From an uncultured Chloroflexia bacterium (GTDB taxonomy: Bacteria; Chloroflexota; Dehalococcoidia; DSTF01; JALHUB01): a stretch of 64,000 nucleotides of DNA. The translations under genes and the position numbers were made by a program. The stretch is taken from assembly GCA_963703345.1 (NCBI GenBank), contig OY969814.1, positions 1,344,001 through 1,408,000 of the forward strand. Direction: 5' to 3'. How positions within the stretch are numbered: position 1 is the stretch's first letter; the number at the start of each line of letters is the position of its first letter. The notes beneath the pieces are model-generated. The model did not search any database, was not told the DNA's origin, and was given only the letters and a program-made list of their open reading frames with translations. Below, piece by piece: positions 1-9,682 of this stretch.

Positions 1-254
1 TTGCCGGCGGCATCGATGCTGCGGGCGATGAGCGTCTCGTACTCCTCCGGCTTCTCGAAGTCCGCCTGGACGAGCCAGCAGGCGACCCCCAGCGCTTCCA
101 TCTCGCTCCGCAGTTGCTCCGCTTCGCGCGATGAGTTGCGGTAGTGAAGGACGACGTTGGCGCCTTCCCGCGCCAGCGCCCGCGAGATCGCCGCGCCTAT
201 GCGCTTGGCGGCGCCGGTTACAAGCGCCGTCTTTCCCCGCAGGTCTTCCGCCAT
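1..254 (-). CDS. SDR family oxidoreductase, pteridine reductase/FolM-like (runs off window start)
   Basis: Manual translation from ATG at 254: MAEDLRGKTALVTGAAKRIGAAISRALAREGANVVLHY; TGAAKRIG cofactor motif typical of pteridine-reductase SDRs; follows the pterin dehydratase. Confidence 0.8.
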   Translation of the reverse strand, partial: MAEDLRGKTALVTGAAKRIGAAISRALAREGANVVLHYRNSSREAEQLRSEMEALGVACWLVQADFEKPEEYETLIARSIDAAG

Positions 255-289
255 GCGGCGGGCTCCTTCCCGCTCCGTTTGTGCCGCAA

Positions 290-610
290 CTATAGCAGGC
301 GCTCTATCTTAGCCGCCACTATGAAGTCGTTCCGGGAGAGGCCGCCGATGCTGTGCGTGGTGAGGACGAGTCGCACCTTGTTGTACGACACTTCGATGTC
401 CGGATGATGGTCCTCTTCCTGGGCGATCTTGGCGACCCGCTCGACGAAGCCCATCGCCTCTTCGAAGTCCTTGAAGTGGAACTCCTCTTCCAGCCGGCTG
501 TCCACCAGCGACCAGCTCGGCACCTCGCGCTCCAGCGTTTCGGCTTCACGCCTCGTGAGCGGCCGCGACCCCTTTTCGACCGGCCCGCTCTTCTCCTCTG
601 CCAGTGCCAT
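290..610 (-). CDS. phhB: Pterin-4a-carbinolamine dehydratase
   Basis: FKDFEEAMGF...AQEEDHHPDI...LTTHSIGGLSRNDF signature. Confidence 0.92.
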   Translation of the reverse strand: MALAEEKSGPVEKGSRPLTRREAETLEREVPSWSLVDSRLEEEFHFKDFEEAMGFVERVAKIAQEEDHHPDIEVSYNKVRLVLTTHSIGGLSRNDFIVAAKIERLL

Positions 611-638
611 CGCTTGCCTCCTATTCGACGAGAACGCC

Positions 639-1845
639 TCAGACGACGATGCCGCGTAGGCTCTCCGCCGACACGTTTTCGCCGCGACGGATCATCTCTC
701 GCGCGGCGTCGACCTTGTCCCAGACGTTGCACATCATCATGCCGCGCACCTTGCTGTCCTCCAGGTAGTAGATGACGCCGGTGTCGTTCTCTTTCTGCCA
801 GTCGGCGATAAGTCTGCAGCCGGGAATCCACGTCGCCCACGGCCTCATAGCCGAACTCGAAGAGGTCGGAGAAGAAGTAGGGCATGTGGGCGTACGGCTC
901 GTGGGCGCCGGCCATATTGCGTCCGGCCCACTTGCCTTGCGTGACGGCGTTGTCCCAGTGCTCGATTCGCATGCGCCGGCCTAGCGCCTGATAGGGGAAG
1001 AAGGCGTTGTCGCCGGCCGCGTAGATGTTGGGGATGCTCGTCTCAAGGTACTCGTTGACGACGATGCCGTTCTCGATCTCCGCGCCGGCGTCCTCGGCCA
1101 GTTGCGTTGCCGGCATAATGCCCACGCCGACGATGAGTATGTCCGACTCCAGCGATCGCCCCTCGCGCGTGGTCGTCAGGAAGCGGCCGTTGCGCTTCTC
1201 GAAGGCGACGGGCGCGTCGGCGGTGAATATTGAGACGCCTTTCTCCCGAAAGCGCGCCATCATCGCCTCGCCCAGGTAAACCGGGAAGACGCGGTCGCAG
1301 AGATAAGCGGTCGGGAAGAGCATCGACACCGCGACGTCGTTGATGTTGAGCGCCGCTGCGATCTCCGAGCCGATGAAGCCGCCGCCGATGACCAGCGCCG
1401 ACTTCCCCTGCGTCGCCTCGGAGCGGATGCGCAGGTAGTCGTCGAGGTATCGGTAGTAGTAGATTCCTTCCAGGTCGCTGCCGGGGAGCGGCAGAGAGCG
1501 GGGGATGCCGCCGGTGGCAAGCAGGAGCTTCTCGTAGTGATAGGTCTTGCCGCGGGCGTCGACGACCTCCTTGTTTGCGGCGTCGATGGCGACGACGTGG
1601 TCGCCGAGCGCCAGCTCGACGCCCCTGTCAAGGAAATGCTGGCGGTCGTGGACAAACACCTGCTCCAGCGTCTTCTTGCCGAACCAGAGCTTCTTCGTGA
1701 GGTCCGGTCGCTCATATGGCAGGTGCTTCTCCTCGCCGATGAACAGGATGGAGCCACTGGCGTCGACCTCCCTGATCCCATCCACGGCAGCGCCGCCGGT
1801 CAGCCCTCCACCGACGATTACGTAACGATAGCTTCGCTCAGCCAT
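639..1845 (-). pseudogene. FAD/NAD(P)-dependent oxidoreductase (ferredoxin reductase-like), 1-bp frameshift at about 810
   Basis: GGGLTG, LLLATGG, GGGFIG, TSIPNIYAAGD, PYFFSD motifs; the natural C-terminus (IADWQKENDTGVIYYLEDSKVRG) continues in ORF 639..848 after CAG ACT T ATC GCC. Confidence 0.8.
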
Positions 1846-1998
1846 GAGCTACACCTCTCTTTCGCGGACGCGTGATCACATCCGACTGCTAAACCATGAT
1901 AGCCGAAGGACGTGCAGTCTGTGTGAGCGAGCGGCGTTCTGCTATGGAAGAAAGGTGAACGATTGCGAGGGCGCACTTGTAGGGAAGCACCCGGCGCT

Positions 1999-2823
1999 CT
2001 AGCGCGTGCCGAACTCTTGCACGAAGAACGAGCCGTAGGACGTGCTATCGTTCCAGGCGCAGCCGACGCCCGTCTCCTCGAACATCGGGTTCAGGATGTT
2101 GGCTCGATGTCCCGGGCTGGCCATCCAGGCGCTCACGGCGTCATCGAAGGTTGGGTAGCCGCCTGCCAGGTTCTCCCCCAGTGCCGTCCAGGTCGTGTAG
2201 CCGGCCGCGTCGGCGCGGGCGTCGAGCGTTCGACCGTCAGCGGTGTGGGACATGGCGTCATGCGCTGCGAGGAAGTTGGCGTACGCCTGCGCATCGGCCT
2301 CGAGCTGCGGATGGTATGCGAGCGCCGGCAGGCCATTTTGCGATCGGATCTGGTTGATGAGAACGATTATCTGGTCGCAGCCCTGGGCCGGCGACGGCGG
2401 TGGCGCCTGCGTTGGCGGGAGCGGCCTTGGCGGGACCGGAGTTGGCGTGAGCGGCGTTGGCGTCGGCGACGGAGCCTGGGCGCGACGGACCGGTGCGGAG
2501 GTCAGCGCTGCGTACGGCGAGTCCCCCGGCGCGGGCGGTCGGGCCTGCGGCGTCTGCGTCGGAATGGCCTGCGTCGTTGGCGTTGGCGAGGGAAGCGGTC
2601 GCGACGTTGGTGTGGGAGCGATCGTCGGCGGTACTTGGCTGAGCGCCAGCACGTCGGAAAGGCGGCCGACTTCGCCCGTCACCTGCCGCCCCTCGATAAC
2701 GGAAGGACTCGTCGCGGCTATGGATGGCGGAGTCGTGCTGGTCAGCAGCGCGGCGAGCGCCACCTGCGCGAGAAACGCCGCCAGCATCCCGTAGCGCTTC
2801 GAACCACCCCAAAAGCGACGCAA
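1999..2823 (-). CDS. Secreted CAP/SCP-domain protein with Pro/Thr-rich linker
   Basis: Hydrophobic N-terminus, PT-rich linker, LINQIR..GL, GENLA, WMASPGHRANIL, QEFG motifs; start uncertain (2823 or 2787). Confidence 0.88.
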   Translation of the reverse strand: MRRFWGGSKRYGMLAAFLAQVALAALLTSTTPPSIAATSPSVIEGRQVTGEVGRLSDVLALSQVPPTIAPTPTSRPLPSPTPTTQAIPTQTPQARPPAPGDSPYAALTSAPVRRAQAPSPTPTPLTPTPVPPRPLPPTQAPPPSPAQGCDQIIVLINQIRSQNGLPALAYHPQLEADAQAYANFLAAHDAMSHTADGRTLDARADAAGYTTWTALGENLAGGYPTFDDAVSAWMASPGHRANILNPMFEETGVGCAWNDSTSYGSFFVQEFGTR

Positions 2824-3093
2824 CTATCGACCTCGGCAAGAGAGAAGAGAATCACACGGCGGCAGTCGTCGACGTGCAGTTCAATTCTCCCGGCCGAAGA
2901 GCCCGGCGGCTGTCCGGACAATCCCTGATAGAGCCTCGCGATAACCCCTAATCCCATCGAAAGACGCCGGGAAGGACGGCGAGGCGGCCTTCACGCTTCC
3001 TGCACGCGGCAGAGACGGAGCTTCATGCGGCCTGCACAGCAGAGACGTACGCTTGCCTGTTGGTTAGAGGGAACTAGTTGGAGGAAGAGAACA

Positions 3094-3492
3094 ATGACTA
3101 GAGAAGAGACCTACAGGGACATCGAGGGAACGCTGGGATTGGTGCCCGGCTTCCTTAAGACACTGCCCGACTCGTCGCTGGAGTTGGAGTGGAAGCTGAT
3201 GAAGACGGTGCAGATGGAGACCGGACCTGTGCCCAACAAGTACCGCGAGTTGATAGGGATCGGCGTCGCAGCCGTCACGAAGTGCCGCTACTGCGTCTTC
3301 TTCCACAGGGAGATGGCTAAGCTGAACGGCGCCACCGACGCCGAGATTGAGGATGCCATCCACTACGCCAAGTCGAGCGCCGGCTGGAGCACCTACATTC
3401 AGGGGCTGGACTACGACTACGAAGAGTTCCGGAAGGAGATCCGCCGGGCCGCCGACTACGTCCGCAAGCAGCAGCAGAAGATGGCCGCCTGA
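3094..3492 (+). CDS. Carboxymuconolactone decarboxylase/AhpD family protein
   Basis: KYRELIGIGVAAVTKCRYCVFFH (CxxC...H), GATDAEI; purine-rich RBS before ATG 3094. Confidence 0.88.
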   Translation: MTREETYRDIEGTLGLVPGFLKTLPDSSLELEWKLMKTVQMETGPVPNKYRELIGIGVAAVTKCRYCVFFHREMAKLNGATDAEIEDAIHYAKSSAGWSTYIQGLDYDYEEFRKEIRRAADYVRKQQQKMAA

Positions 3493-3548
3493 CGGCTCAG
3501 CGGCAACATGTCAATGACTGGCGGGGCTGCGGGGGCCTCGCCAGTCTC

Positions 3549-4895
3549 TTATTTGACGTAACGACTCAACAGATCGCGCGTGCCGGGCACCTGTAGCTTC
3601 TCGAACAGGAAGGTGAAGCGCTCCTCCAGGGCCTGACGCAACTGCGTCCTCACCTCTTCCGGCAGGTCCCACATCTGGCGCTTGAACGGGCCGGTGCCGC
3701 GCTTTCGCGTGCTGTATATGAACTGCGCCTCCGTCTGACCCGCCTTCCACTCGTCGGCGTGCTTTTCCTTGAGGTAGGCGTATATCTGCTGTCGAAGCGG
3801 GTCGGGGAAGAGCGGACTGTCGTAGATCATCGTCTGGAAGTCGGTGGCAAGGTGGATCTCCGCCGTTTCCACCTCGACGAAGCGGTGGAAGAGCTCGTCC
3901 GGCAGCGTCGATGCGCCGTGCTGCACCGCGCCGGCCAGCCCGTACTCCCGGCGGGCCATCCGCGACATCTCCTCCAGCGTCTCGAAGGCAATGGCGACCT
4001 TGGCTATCGAGCCGTCCGGCAAGACGACGCCGCCGTGGCTGCTGCCTGTCTGGACGCTAATCTTGCTCGGTCCCTTGACGCTCTTGCCCAGCACTTCGAG
4101 AAGGCCGTCCATGAAGGCGCGTAGCTCTTCCGGCGAGCTGTTCTTCTTCCCGACCTCGCCGATCTCGACGCCCACGGAGACGTCGACGCCGGCCGGCTGG
4201 ACCTGCCGGATGAAGCGGATCATCTCCGCCGCGACCTCGAAGTTCGGCCGCTGCTGCTCCTTGACGTTCGGCTGACTCAAGTCGACGAGCGTGGAGCTGT
4301 CCACGTCGATGTTCAGGAAATCGCTTTCGATCGCCTCTTTCGTCAGGTCGCGGAGGGCGCGCAGCTCGTCGTCGGCCGCGGCCTTGTAGTGGGCGGCGTT
4401 CACCTGAAAGTGGTCGCCCTGGATGAAGACGGGCCCCTCGTGGCCCTCCTTGATGGCGGCCGCCAGCACGTTCGCGGCGTACTCGGCGGGACGCATGTTC
4501 GTGTAGCCGATCTCGGAGCGGGCGATCTCGAACAGGATGGGCCCGACGTTGAGGCGGTGGACGGCGCGGAAGACGGCGCGAGCGGAATCGTAGGCCATGG
4601 CGCGCAGGTTGAGGGCGGGCACAGTGAAGCCCGACACTTCGCCGCGTCCCATCGCCTCGTACAGGCGCTGGATGGAGTGGGGGCGGATTTCGAGCAGGGA
4701 GGCGGTGTCGCGAATCGTGGCGCGCGCGTAGGCTCGCAGCTCCTCCGTCTCGTCGAAGACCGCCGTGTAGATCAGGCTGTCGATGCCGTCGCTGCGCAGT
4801 CGCGCCGCGTCGAGCACCTTCCTGACGTCGCCGCCGCTGAACGCTAGAACGTCTTTGAGGTCACGCTGGAGCTGTTCCACTGACTGGTAGAGCAT
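3549..4895 (-). CDS. fba: Class II fructose-bisphosphate aldolase family protein
   Basis: IQGDH, DVDSS, EIGEVG, GSSHGG, VQHGAS metal-binding motifs; downstream of pfkA. Confidence 0.85.
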   Translation of the reverse strand: MLYQSVEQLQRDLKDVLAFSGGDVRKVLDAARLRSDGIDSLIYTAVFDETEELRAYARATIRDTASLLEIRPHSIQRLYEAMGRGEVSGFTVPALNLRAMAYDSARAVFRAVHRLNVGPILFEIARSEIGYTNMRPAEYAANVLAAAIKEGHEGPVFIQGDHFQVNAAHYKAAADDELRALRDLTKEAIESDFLNIDVDSSTLVDLSQPNVKEQQRPNFEVAAEMIRFIRQVQPAGVDVSVGVEIGEVGKKNSSPEELRAFMDGLLEVLGKSVKGPSKISVQTGSSHGGVVLPDGSIAKVAIAFETLEEMSRMARREYGLAGAVQHGASTLPDELFHRFVEVETAEIHLATDFQTMIYDSPLFPDPLRQQIYAYLKEKHADEWKAGQTEAQFIYSTRKRGTGPFKRQMWDLPEEVRTQLRQALEERFTFLFEKLQVPGTRDLLSRYVK

Positions 4896-4927
4896 CTTGG
4901 TCCCTCACGAGTGGCTCTTGATTGGAG

Positions 4928-5929
4928 CTAGCGGGTGAGGCGGCGTGCCAGCTCCAGAAGGGATTGATCGGCGTGTCTGCGCGCGCTGAAAGCTTCCTCC
5001 AGCGGGACAAGGCAGGGCTTGCCTTCCTTTTCGCCTACCATGACGCCGCTTTCGCCGTCGGCAAGCGTGTCGACGGCCAGGGCGCCGAACTTGCTGCCGG
5101 TGACCCGGTCGCGCGCCGTCGGCGTGCCGCCGCGCTGGATGTGGCCGAGAACGCAGACGCGATAATCGCAGCGCAGACGCTTCCACACCTGGTGGGCGAT
5201 GGCGAAGGCGCCGCCGTTGTCGCCGCCCTCTGCTACCACAATTATGCTGCTCCGGCGGCCGTGATGGAAGCCCGTTTCCAGATGCTCACAAAGAAAATCG
5301 ATGTCGGTGTCGACTTCCGGGACAAGCACGTCATCGGCGCCGCCGGCGAGTCCGACCTCCAGGGCGATGGCGCCGCAGACGTTGCCCATGACTTCGACGA
5401 AGAAGATGCGGTCGTGCGATTCCGCCGTGTCGCGGATGCGGTCGATCGCCTCCAGCGCGACGTTGACGGCGGTGTCGAAGCCGAGCGTGTAGTCGGTGCC
5501 GGGCATGTCGTTGTCGATGGTGGTTGGGATGGCGATGACGCGCAGGTCGTGCTCCTTCGCCAGAGCCGCCGCGCCGCGGAAAGAGCCGTCGCCACCGAGG
5601 ACGATCAGCCCATCGACTTTGTGCTCCTCCAGGATTGCCGCCGCGTTGGCGCGTCCCTCCGGCATCGTGAACTCCTGACAGCGCGAAGTGCCAAGGATGG
5701 TGCCGCCGCGCTGGATGATGTTGCCGACGGTGCGTTGGGTCAGAGGTGTGACCTCGTTGCGGAGGAGTCCGGAGTAGCCGTGGGAGACGCCGAGAACGTG
5801 TATTCCGCGGTCCGACGCCACGCGGACGATGGCGCGGATGCAAGCGTTCGTCCCCGGCGCGTCGCCGCCGCTGGAGAGGACCGCTATCTTCTTTACGTGA
5901 TTGTGGCCGTTATGCCCGTTTTGTCCCAA
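4928..5929 (-). CDS. pfkA: ATP-dependent 6-phosphofructokinase
   Basis: SSGGDAPG, GGTILGTSR, GGDGS, TIDND, VEVMG, LGHIQRGG. Confidence 0.95.
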   Translation of the reverse strand: MGQNGHNGHNHVKKIAVLSSGGDAPGTNACIRAIVRVASDRGIHVLGVSHGYSGLLRNEVTPLTQRTVGNIIQRGGTILGTSRCQEFTMPEGRANAAAILEEHKVDGLIVLGGDGSFRGAAALAKEHDLRVIAIPTTIDNDMPGTDYTLGFDTAVNVALEAIDRIRDTAESHDRIFFVEVMGNVCGAIALEVGLAGGADDVLVPEVDTDIDFLCEHLETGFHHGRRSSIIVVAEGGDNGGAFAIAHQVWKRLRCDYRVCVLGHIQRGGTPTARDRVTGSKFGALAVDTLADGESGVMVGEKEGKPCLVPLEEAFSARRHADQSLLELARRLTR

Positions 5930-6046
5930 TGCCGTCCGTCCGGGAAGTGAGTCCGCGCGGAATGTTGCCTCTATCTATCGGGATAGTCGGACGGCTTAGG
6001 CTTGGGGATATAGGGGGAGACCCTGAGAAACGGCCGCCGGGCATGC

Positions 6047-6077
6047 CAGTAGGGACGGACACCGTCCGCCCCTACTG
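6047..6077. repeat. GTAG-type REP-like hairpin, possible terminator
   Basis: CAGTAGGGACGGAC-acc-GTCCGCCCCTACTG, 14-bp arms with one mismatch, between thiolase stop and pfkA. Confidence 0.5.
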
Positions 6078-6109
6078 CCTAAATACGCCTCTTGTGCGGT
6101 CCCGCGACG

Positions 6110-7288
6110 CTATGAAACCCGCTCGTAGATGCTCGTGATGCCCTGCCCGCCGCCGATGCACAGGCTGATGAGGCCGTAGCGTCCCTGCATCCGCTCCAGC
6201 TCGTACATGAGCTTGACGGCGAGGATCGCGCCCGTCGCGCCGACGGGGTGCCCAAGGGCGACGGCGCCGCCGTTCGGGTTCGTCTTGGCGGCATCGAGGC
6301 CGAGCTCTTTGATGCAGGTGCAGGCGACGGCGGCGAACGCTTCGTTGACCTCGTTCACGTCCATGTCGTCGACCGTCAGGCCGGCGCGCTTCAACGCCTT
6401 TCGGGTCGCCGGAATAGGCCCGTAGCCCATGAGCGACGGCTCGACGCCCGCTTCCGAGCGCGAGACCAGGCGCAGGCGCGGGCGGATGCCCAGCTCGTCG
6501 GCCCTGCGGCGGCTTGTGACCACCACGGCCGCGGCGCCGTCGTTGATGCTGCTGGAGTTGCCGGCGGTGACGTTGCCGCCCTCCTTGAAGGCGGGGCGCA
6601 GCTTGCCCAGCGCCTCCATGTTCGTGTCGGCGCGCGGGCCTTCGTCCGTGTCGATGCTCTTCGTCTCCCGACCGACCTTGACCTCGACGGGGACGATCTG
6701 CTCTTTGAAGCGCCCCCCTTCCATCGCGGCGACGGCGTTCTGATGGCTGCGCAGCGACAGCTCGTCCTGGTCCTGGCGCGTGATCCCGTACTTGTCGGCG
6801 AGGTTCTCCGCGGTGATGCCCATGTGAGCGCGGCTGAAGGGGTCGCTCAGGAGCGAGAGGATGCCGTCTTCCAGCACGCCGTCGCCCAGGCGGTAGCCGT
6901 AGCGACCGCGCCGGACGTAGAAGGGCAGCATGCTCATGTTCTCGACGCCGCCGGCGAGGACGATCTCCGCGTCGCCGCACTCGATCCAGCGGGCGGCGGT
7001 ATGGATCGCCTCCAGGCCGGTGCCACAGAGGCGCGAGACGTTGTAGGCGGGCACCTCGATCGGCACTCCGGCCTTCACGGCCGCGTGACGGCCGACGTAG
7101 GCGTCTTCCATCACCTGGCCGGCGCAACCAAGGATCACCTGGTCGACCTGGTCGGGGCGGATGCCGGCTCGCTCCATCGCCGCCCTGAAGACGGCTGCCG
7201 CCATATCGGAGGCGGATGTGTTCTGGAAGGCGCCGCCCATGCGTCCAACAGCCGTGCGCGCGCCGCTTACGAGAACTATCTCTTCCAT
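6110..7288 (-). CDS. Acetyl-CoA C-acyltransferase (thiolase)
   Basis: RLCGTG catalytic Cys, NEAF, GGAVALGHPVGATG, CIGGGQG. Confidence 0.95.
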   Translation of the reverse strand: MEEIVLVSGARTAVGRMGGAFQNTSASDMAAAVFRAAMERAGIRPDQVDQVILGCAGQVMEDAYVGRHAAVKAGVPIEVPAYNVSRLCGTGLEAIHTAARWIECGDAEIVLAGGVENMSMLPFYVRRGRYGYRLGDGVLEDGILSLLSDPFSRAHMGITAENLADKYGITRQDQDELSLRSHQNAVAAMEGGRFKEQIVPVEVKVGRETKSIDTDEGPRADTNMEALGKLRPAFKEGGNVTAGNSSSINDGAAAVVVTSRRRADELGIRPRLRLVSRSEAGVEPSLMGYGPIPATRKALKRAGLTVDDMDVNEVNEAFAAVACTCIKELGLDAAKTNPNGGAVALGHPVGATGAILAVKLMYELERMQGRYGLISLCIGGGQGITSIYERVS

Positions 7289-7474
7289 TAGCTTGATGCT
7301 CCTTGCTACGTTGTCCGGACTTCTGCCTAGAGTCTAGCGAAGAGGCCTTTTCTCGGCAATCGACCCGTTGGCGGTTGCGTCGCGCCTGGGAGTTGGCGCA
7401 CAATTGATGTCGTACGTACGAGCCACGGAATAGCCCGACTTCGCCCTCGAGTGCGGGCAGCTTTGGGGCAGCCT

Positions 7475-9394
7475 GTGACACTGCTTGAACGTATCGATGA
7501 GCCAGCGGCGCTCAAGGGACTCTCGCAGCAGGAGCTGGAGGAGCTTGCCCATGAGGTCCGCACCCTTCTCGTCGGCACCGTCTCCGAGAACGGCGGCCAC
7601 CTTGCCTCCAACCTCGGCGTCGTGGAGCTGACGATCGCCCTGCACCGCGTCTTCGAGACGCCGAACGACAAGCTTATCTGGGACGTCAGCCACCAGTCGT
7701 ACGTCCACAAGCTGCTGACGGGCCGGAGAGAGCGCTTCTCGACCCTGCGTCAGTACGGCGGTCTCTCCGGCTTCACCTCCCGGGCCGAGAGCCCGCACGA
7801 CGCTTTCGACACCGGCCACGCCAGCACCTCGATCTCCGTCGCTTTGGGGATGGCTTTGGCCCGCGACCTTGCGGGCGAGCGGCATCACGTCGTCGCCGTC
7901 ATCGGCGACGGCGCCCTTAGCGGCGGCATGGCGCTGGAGGCGCTCAACCACGCCAGCCATCTGGACACCAAAGTCATCGTCGTCCTCAACGACAACGGCA
8001 TGGCGATCTCGCCCAACATCGGCGCCATCTCCAAGTTTCTCAACCTGCTGAACCGGGCCCCGCGCTACGAGCACGTCAAGGCCGACACCAAGCGGACTCT
8101 GACTCGCCTTCCCGGCGGCGGCCCCATCCTGCGCCTCATCACCTGGCTGAAGGCGCGGGTGAAGGGGGCCCTTGTCCCCAGCGCCTTCTGGGAGAAGCTG
8201 GGCTTCGACTACATCGGGCCGATAGACGGCCACAGCATCCGCGACGTTGAGGCGGCGCTGATTCGCGCCCGCGACGCCAAGAAGAAGACGACGATAGTGC
8301 ACGTCCTGACCGAGAAGGGGAAGGGCTACCCGCCGGCCGAGGAGGACTCGGCCCGCTTCCACGGCCTGGCGCCGAACGGCCACGGCGACAACGGCGACGG
8401 CCAGAAGCCCGCTCCCTCTTACAGCGACGTCTTCGGGCAAACGGTGCTGCAGCTGATGCGCCAGGACGAGCGCATTGTCGCGGTCACGGCGGCGATGTGC
8501 GAGGCGACGGGATTAGGCCCGGCGGCGCGCGTCTTCCCTGAGCGCGTCTTCGACGTCGGCATCTGCGAGGAGCACGGCGTGACGCTTGCAGCCGGTCTTG
8601 CCGTGCGCGGCTTCCGGCCCATCGTCGCCATCTACTCCACCTTCCTCCAGCGCGCCTACGACCAGATAATCCACGACGTCTGTATTCAGGGCTTGCCCGT
8701 TGTCTTCGCCATCGACCGGGCGGGAATCGTGGGCGAGGACGGTCGCACCCACCAGGGCGCCTTCGACCTGTCCTATCTGCGCCTTCTTCCGAACATGACC
8801 GTCGCCGCGGCCAAGGACGAGGACGAGCTGCGGCATCTCCTCTACACCGCGACTCGCCTCGGCGGTCCGATGGCGGTGCGCTACCCGCGCGGCGAGGGCG
8901 TCGGCCTGCCGCTTGCGGGCCCGCTGCGGCTCCTGCCGGTGGGCGTGAGCGAGCTATTGCGCTCCGGCGATGACCTGACGATAGCGACGGTTGGGCCGGC
9001 GGCCTGGGCGGCCATGGCGGCGGCGGAAGAGCTTGCGGCCGGCGGCATCGAGTGCGCCGTCGTCAACGCCCGCTTCGTGAAGCCCCTGGACCACGAGACG
9101 ATACTCGCCCTGGCCTCTCGCAGCGGCCGGCTCGTGACCGTCGAGGAGAACGCGCTGGCGGGAGGCTTCGGGAGCGCTGTGCTGGAGGCCATCGAAAAGT
9201 CTGGGCTCACCGGCCTGCGGGTGGAACGGATCGGCCTGCCGGACCGCTTCATCGAGCACGGGCCGCAGGAGCTGTTCCGCGCAATGTTCGACCTCGATGC
9301 GGCGGGAATCGTCAGGCGGGTGCGCGCGGCCTTCCCGGAGCTGGCCCTGCCGGCGCCTTCACCTCTTTCCGACTCCTCAGGCGGCTCCAGCTAG
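7475..9394 (+). CDS. dxs: 1-deoxy-D-xylulose-5-phosphate synthase
   Basis: GGHLASNLG, GHASTS, GDGALSGG, NDN, YSTFLQRAYDQ, DRAG; GTG start at 7475. Confidence 0.96.
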   Translation: MTLLERIDEPAALKGLSQQELEELAHEVRTLLVGTVSENGGHLASNLGVVELTIALHRVFETPNDKLIWDVSHQSYVHKLLTGRRERFSTLRQYGGLSGFTSRAESPHDAFDTGHASTSISVALGMALARDLAGERHHVVAVIGDGALSGGMALEALNHASHLDTKVIVVLNDNGMAISPNIGAISKFLNLLNRAPRYEHVKADTKRTLTRLPGGGPILRLITWLKARVKGALVPSAFWEKLGFDYIGPIDGHSIRDVEAALIRARDAKKKTTIVHVLTEKGKGYPPAEEDSARFHGLAPNGHGDNGDGQKPAPSYSDVFGQTVLQLMRQDERIVAVTAAMCEATGLGPAARVFPERVFDVGICEEHGVTLAAGLAVRGFRPIVAIYSTFLQRAYDQIIHDVCIQGLPVVFAIDRAGIVGEDGRTHQGAFDLSYLRLLPNMTVAAAKDEDELRHLLYTATRLGGPMAVRYPRGEGVGLPLAGPLRLLPVGVSELLRSGDDLTIATVGPAAWAAMAAAEELAAGGIECAVVNARFVKPLDHETILALASRSGRLVTVEENALAGGFGSAVLEAIEKSGLTGLRVERIGLPDRFIEHGPQELFRAMFDLDAAGIVRRVRAAFPELALPAPSPLSDSSGGSS

Positions 9395-9680
9395 CGCCGC
9401 TTCGCCAACAGCACCCAGTCGCCGGTCATCTCCTGTAGCTGTCCCCAAACCGCCGTTCCCGTGGCCGGAAGCAGCCCTGCCCAGGACTCGCCCGCGCCGG
9501 CTTCGATGGTGGCCGTGCCAGCGGTGCTCACCGTCTCGCGGTCTCCCGCGAGGTCCTGGTCCACTTCATTGATCTGCGGGCCTTCGGCCGCGGCGGTTGT
9601 GCGGCGCTGGCCGTGGAAGCTCCGAGGACGACGCGAAGCCGGAGTCGGTGCCGGAGGTGAAGTGGGCGAGGTTGTCGGCC
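9391..9680 (-). pseudogene. Probable 3' remnant of a Pro/Thr-rich surface protein
   Basis: Open frame without a convincing start: PTTSPTSPPAPTP...GLLPATGTAVW...VLLAKRR*; its TAG overlaps the dxs TAG (CTAG). Confidence 0.3.
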
Positions 9681-9682
9681 GC

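Noticed and set aside
319-638. Arg-rich C-terminal tail of the 508-aa reductase ORF
   Set aside because: Product of the frameshift; overlaps phhB
5955-6000. Sigma28-like promoter; GATAGATAGA shared with the pilA upstream region
   Set aside because: Spacing does not fit and a 10-bp match is too weak to support
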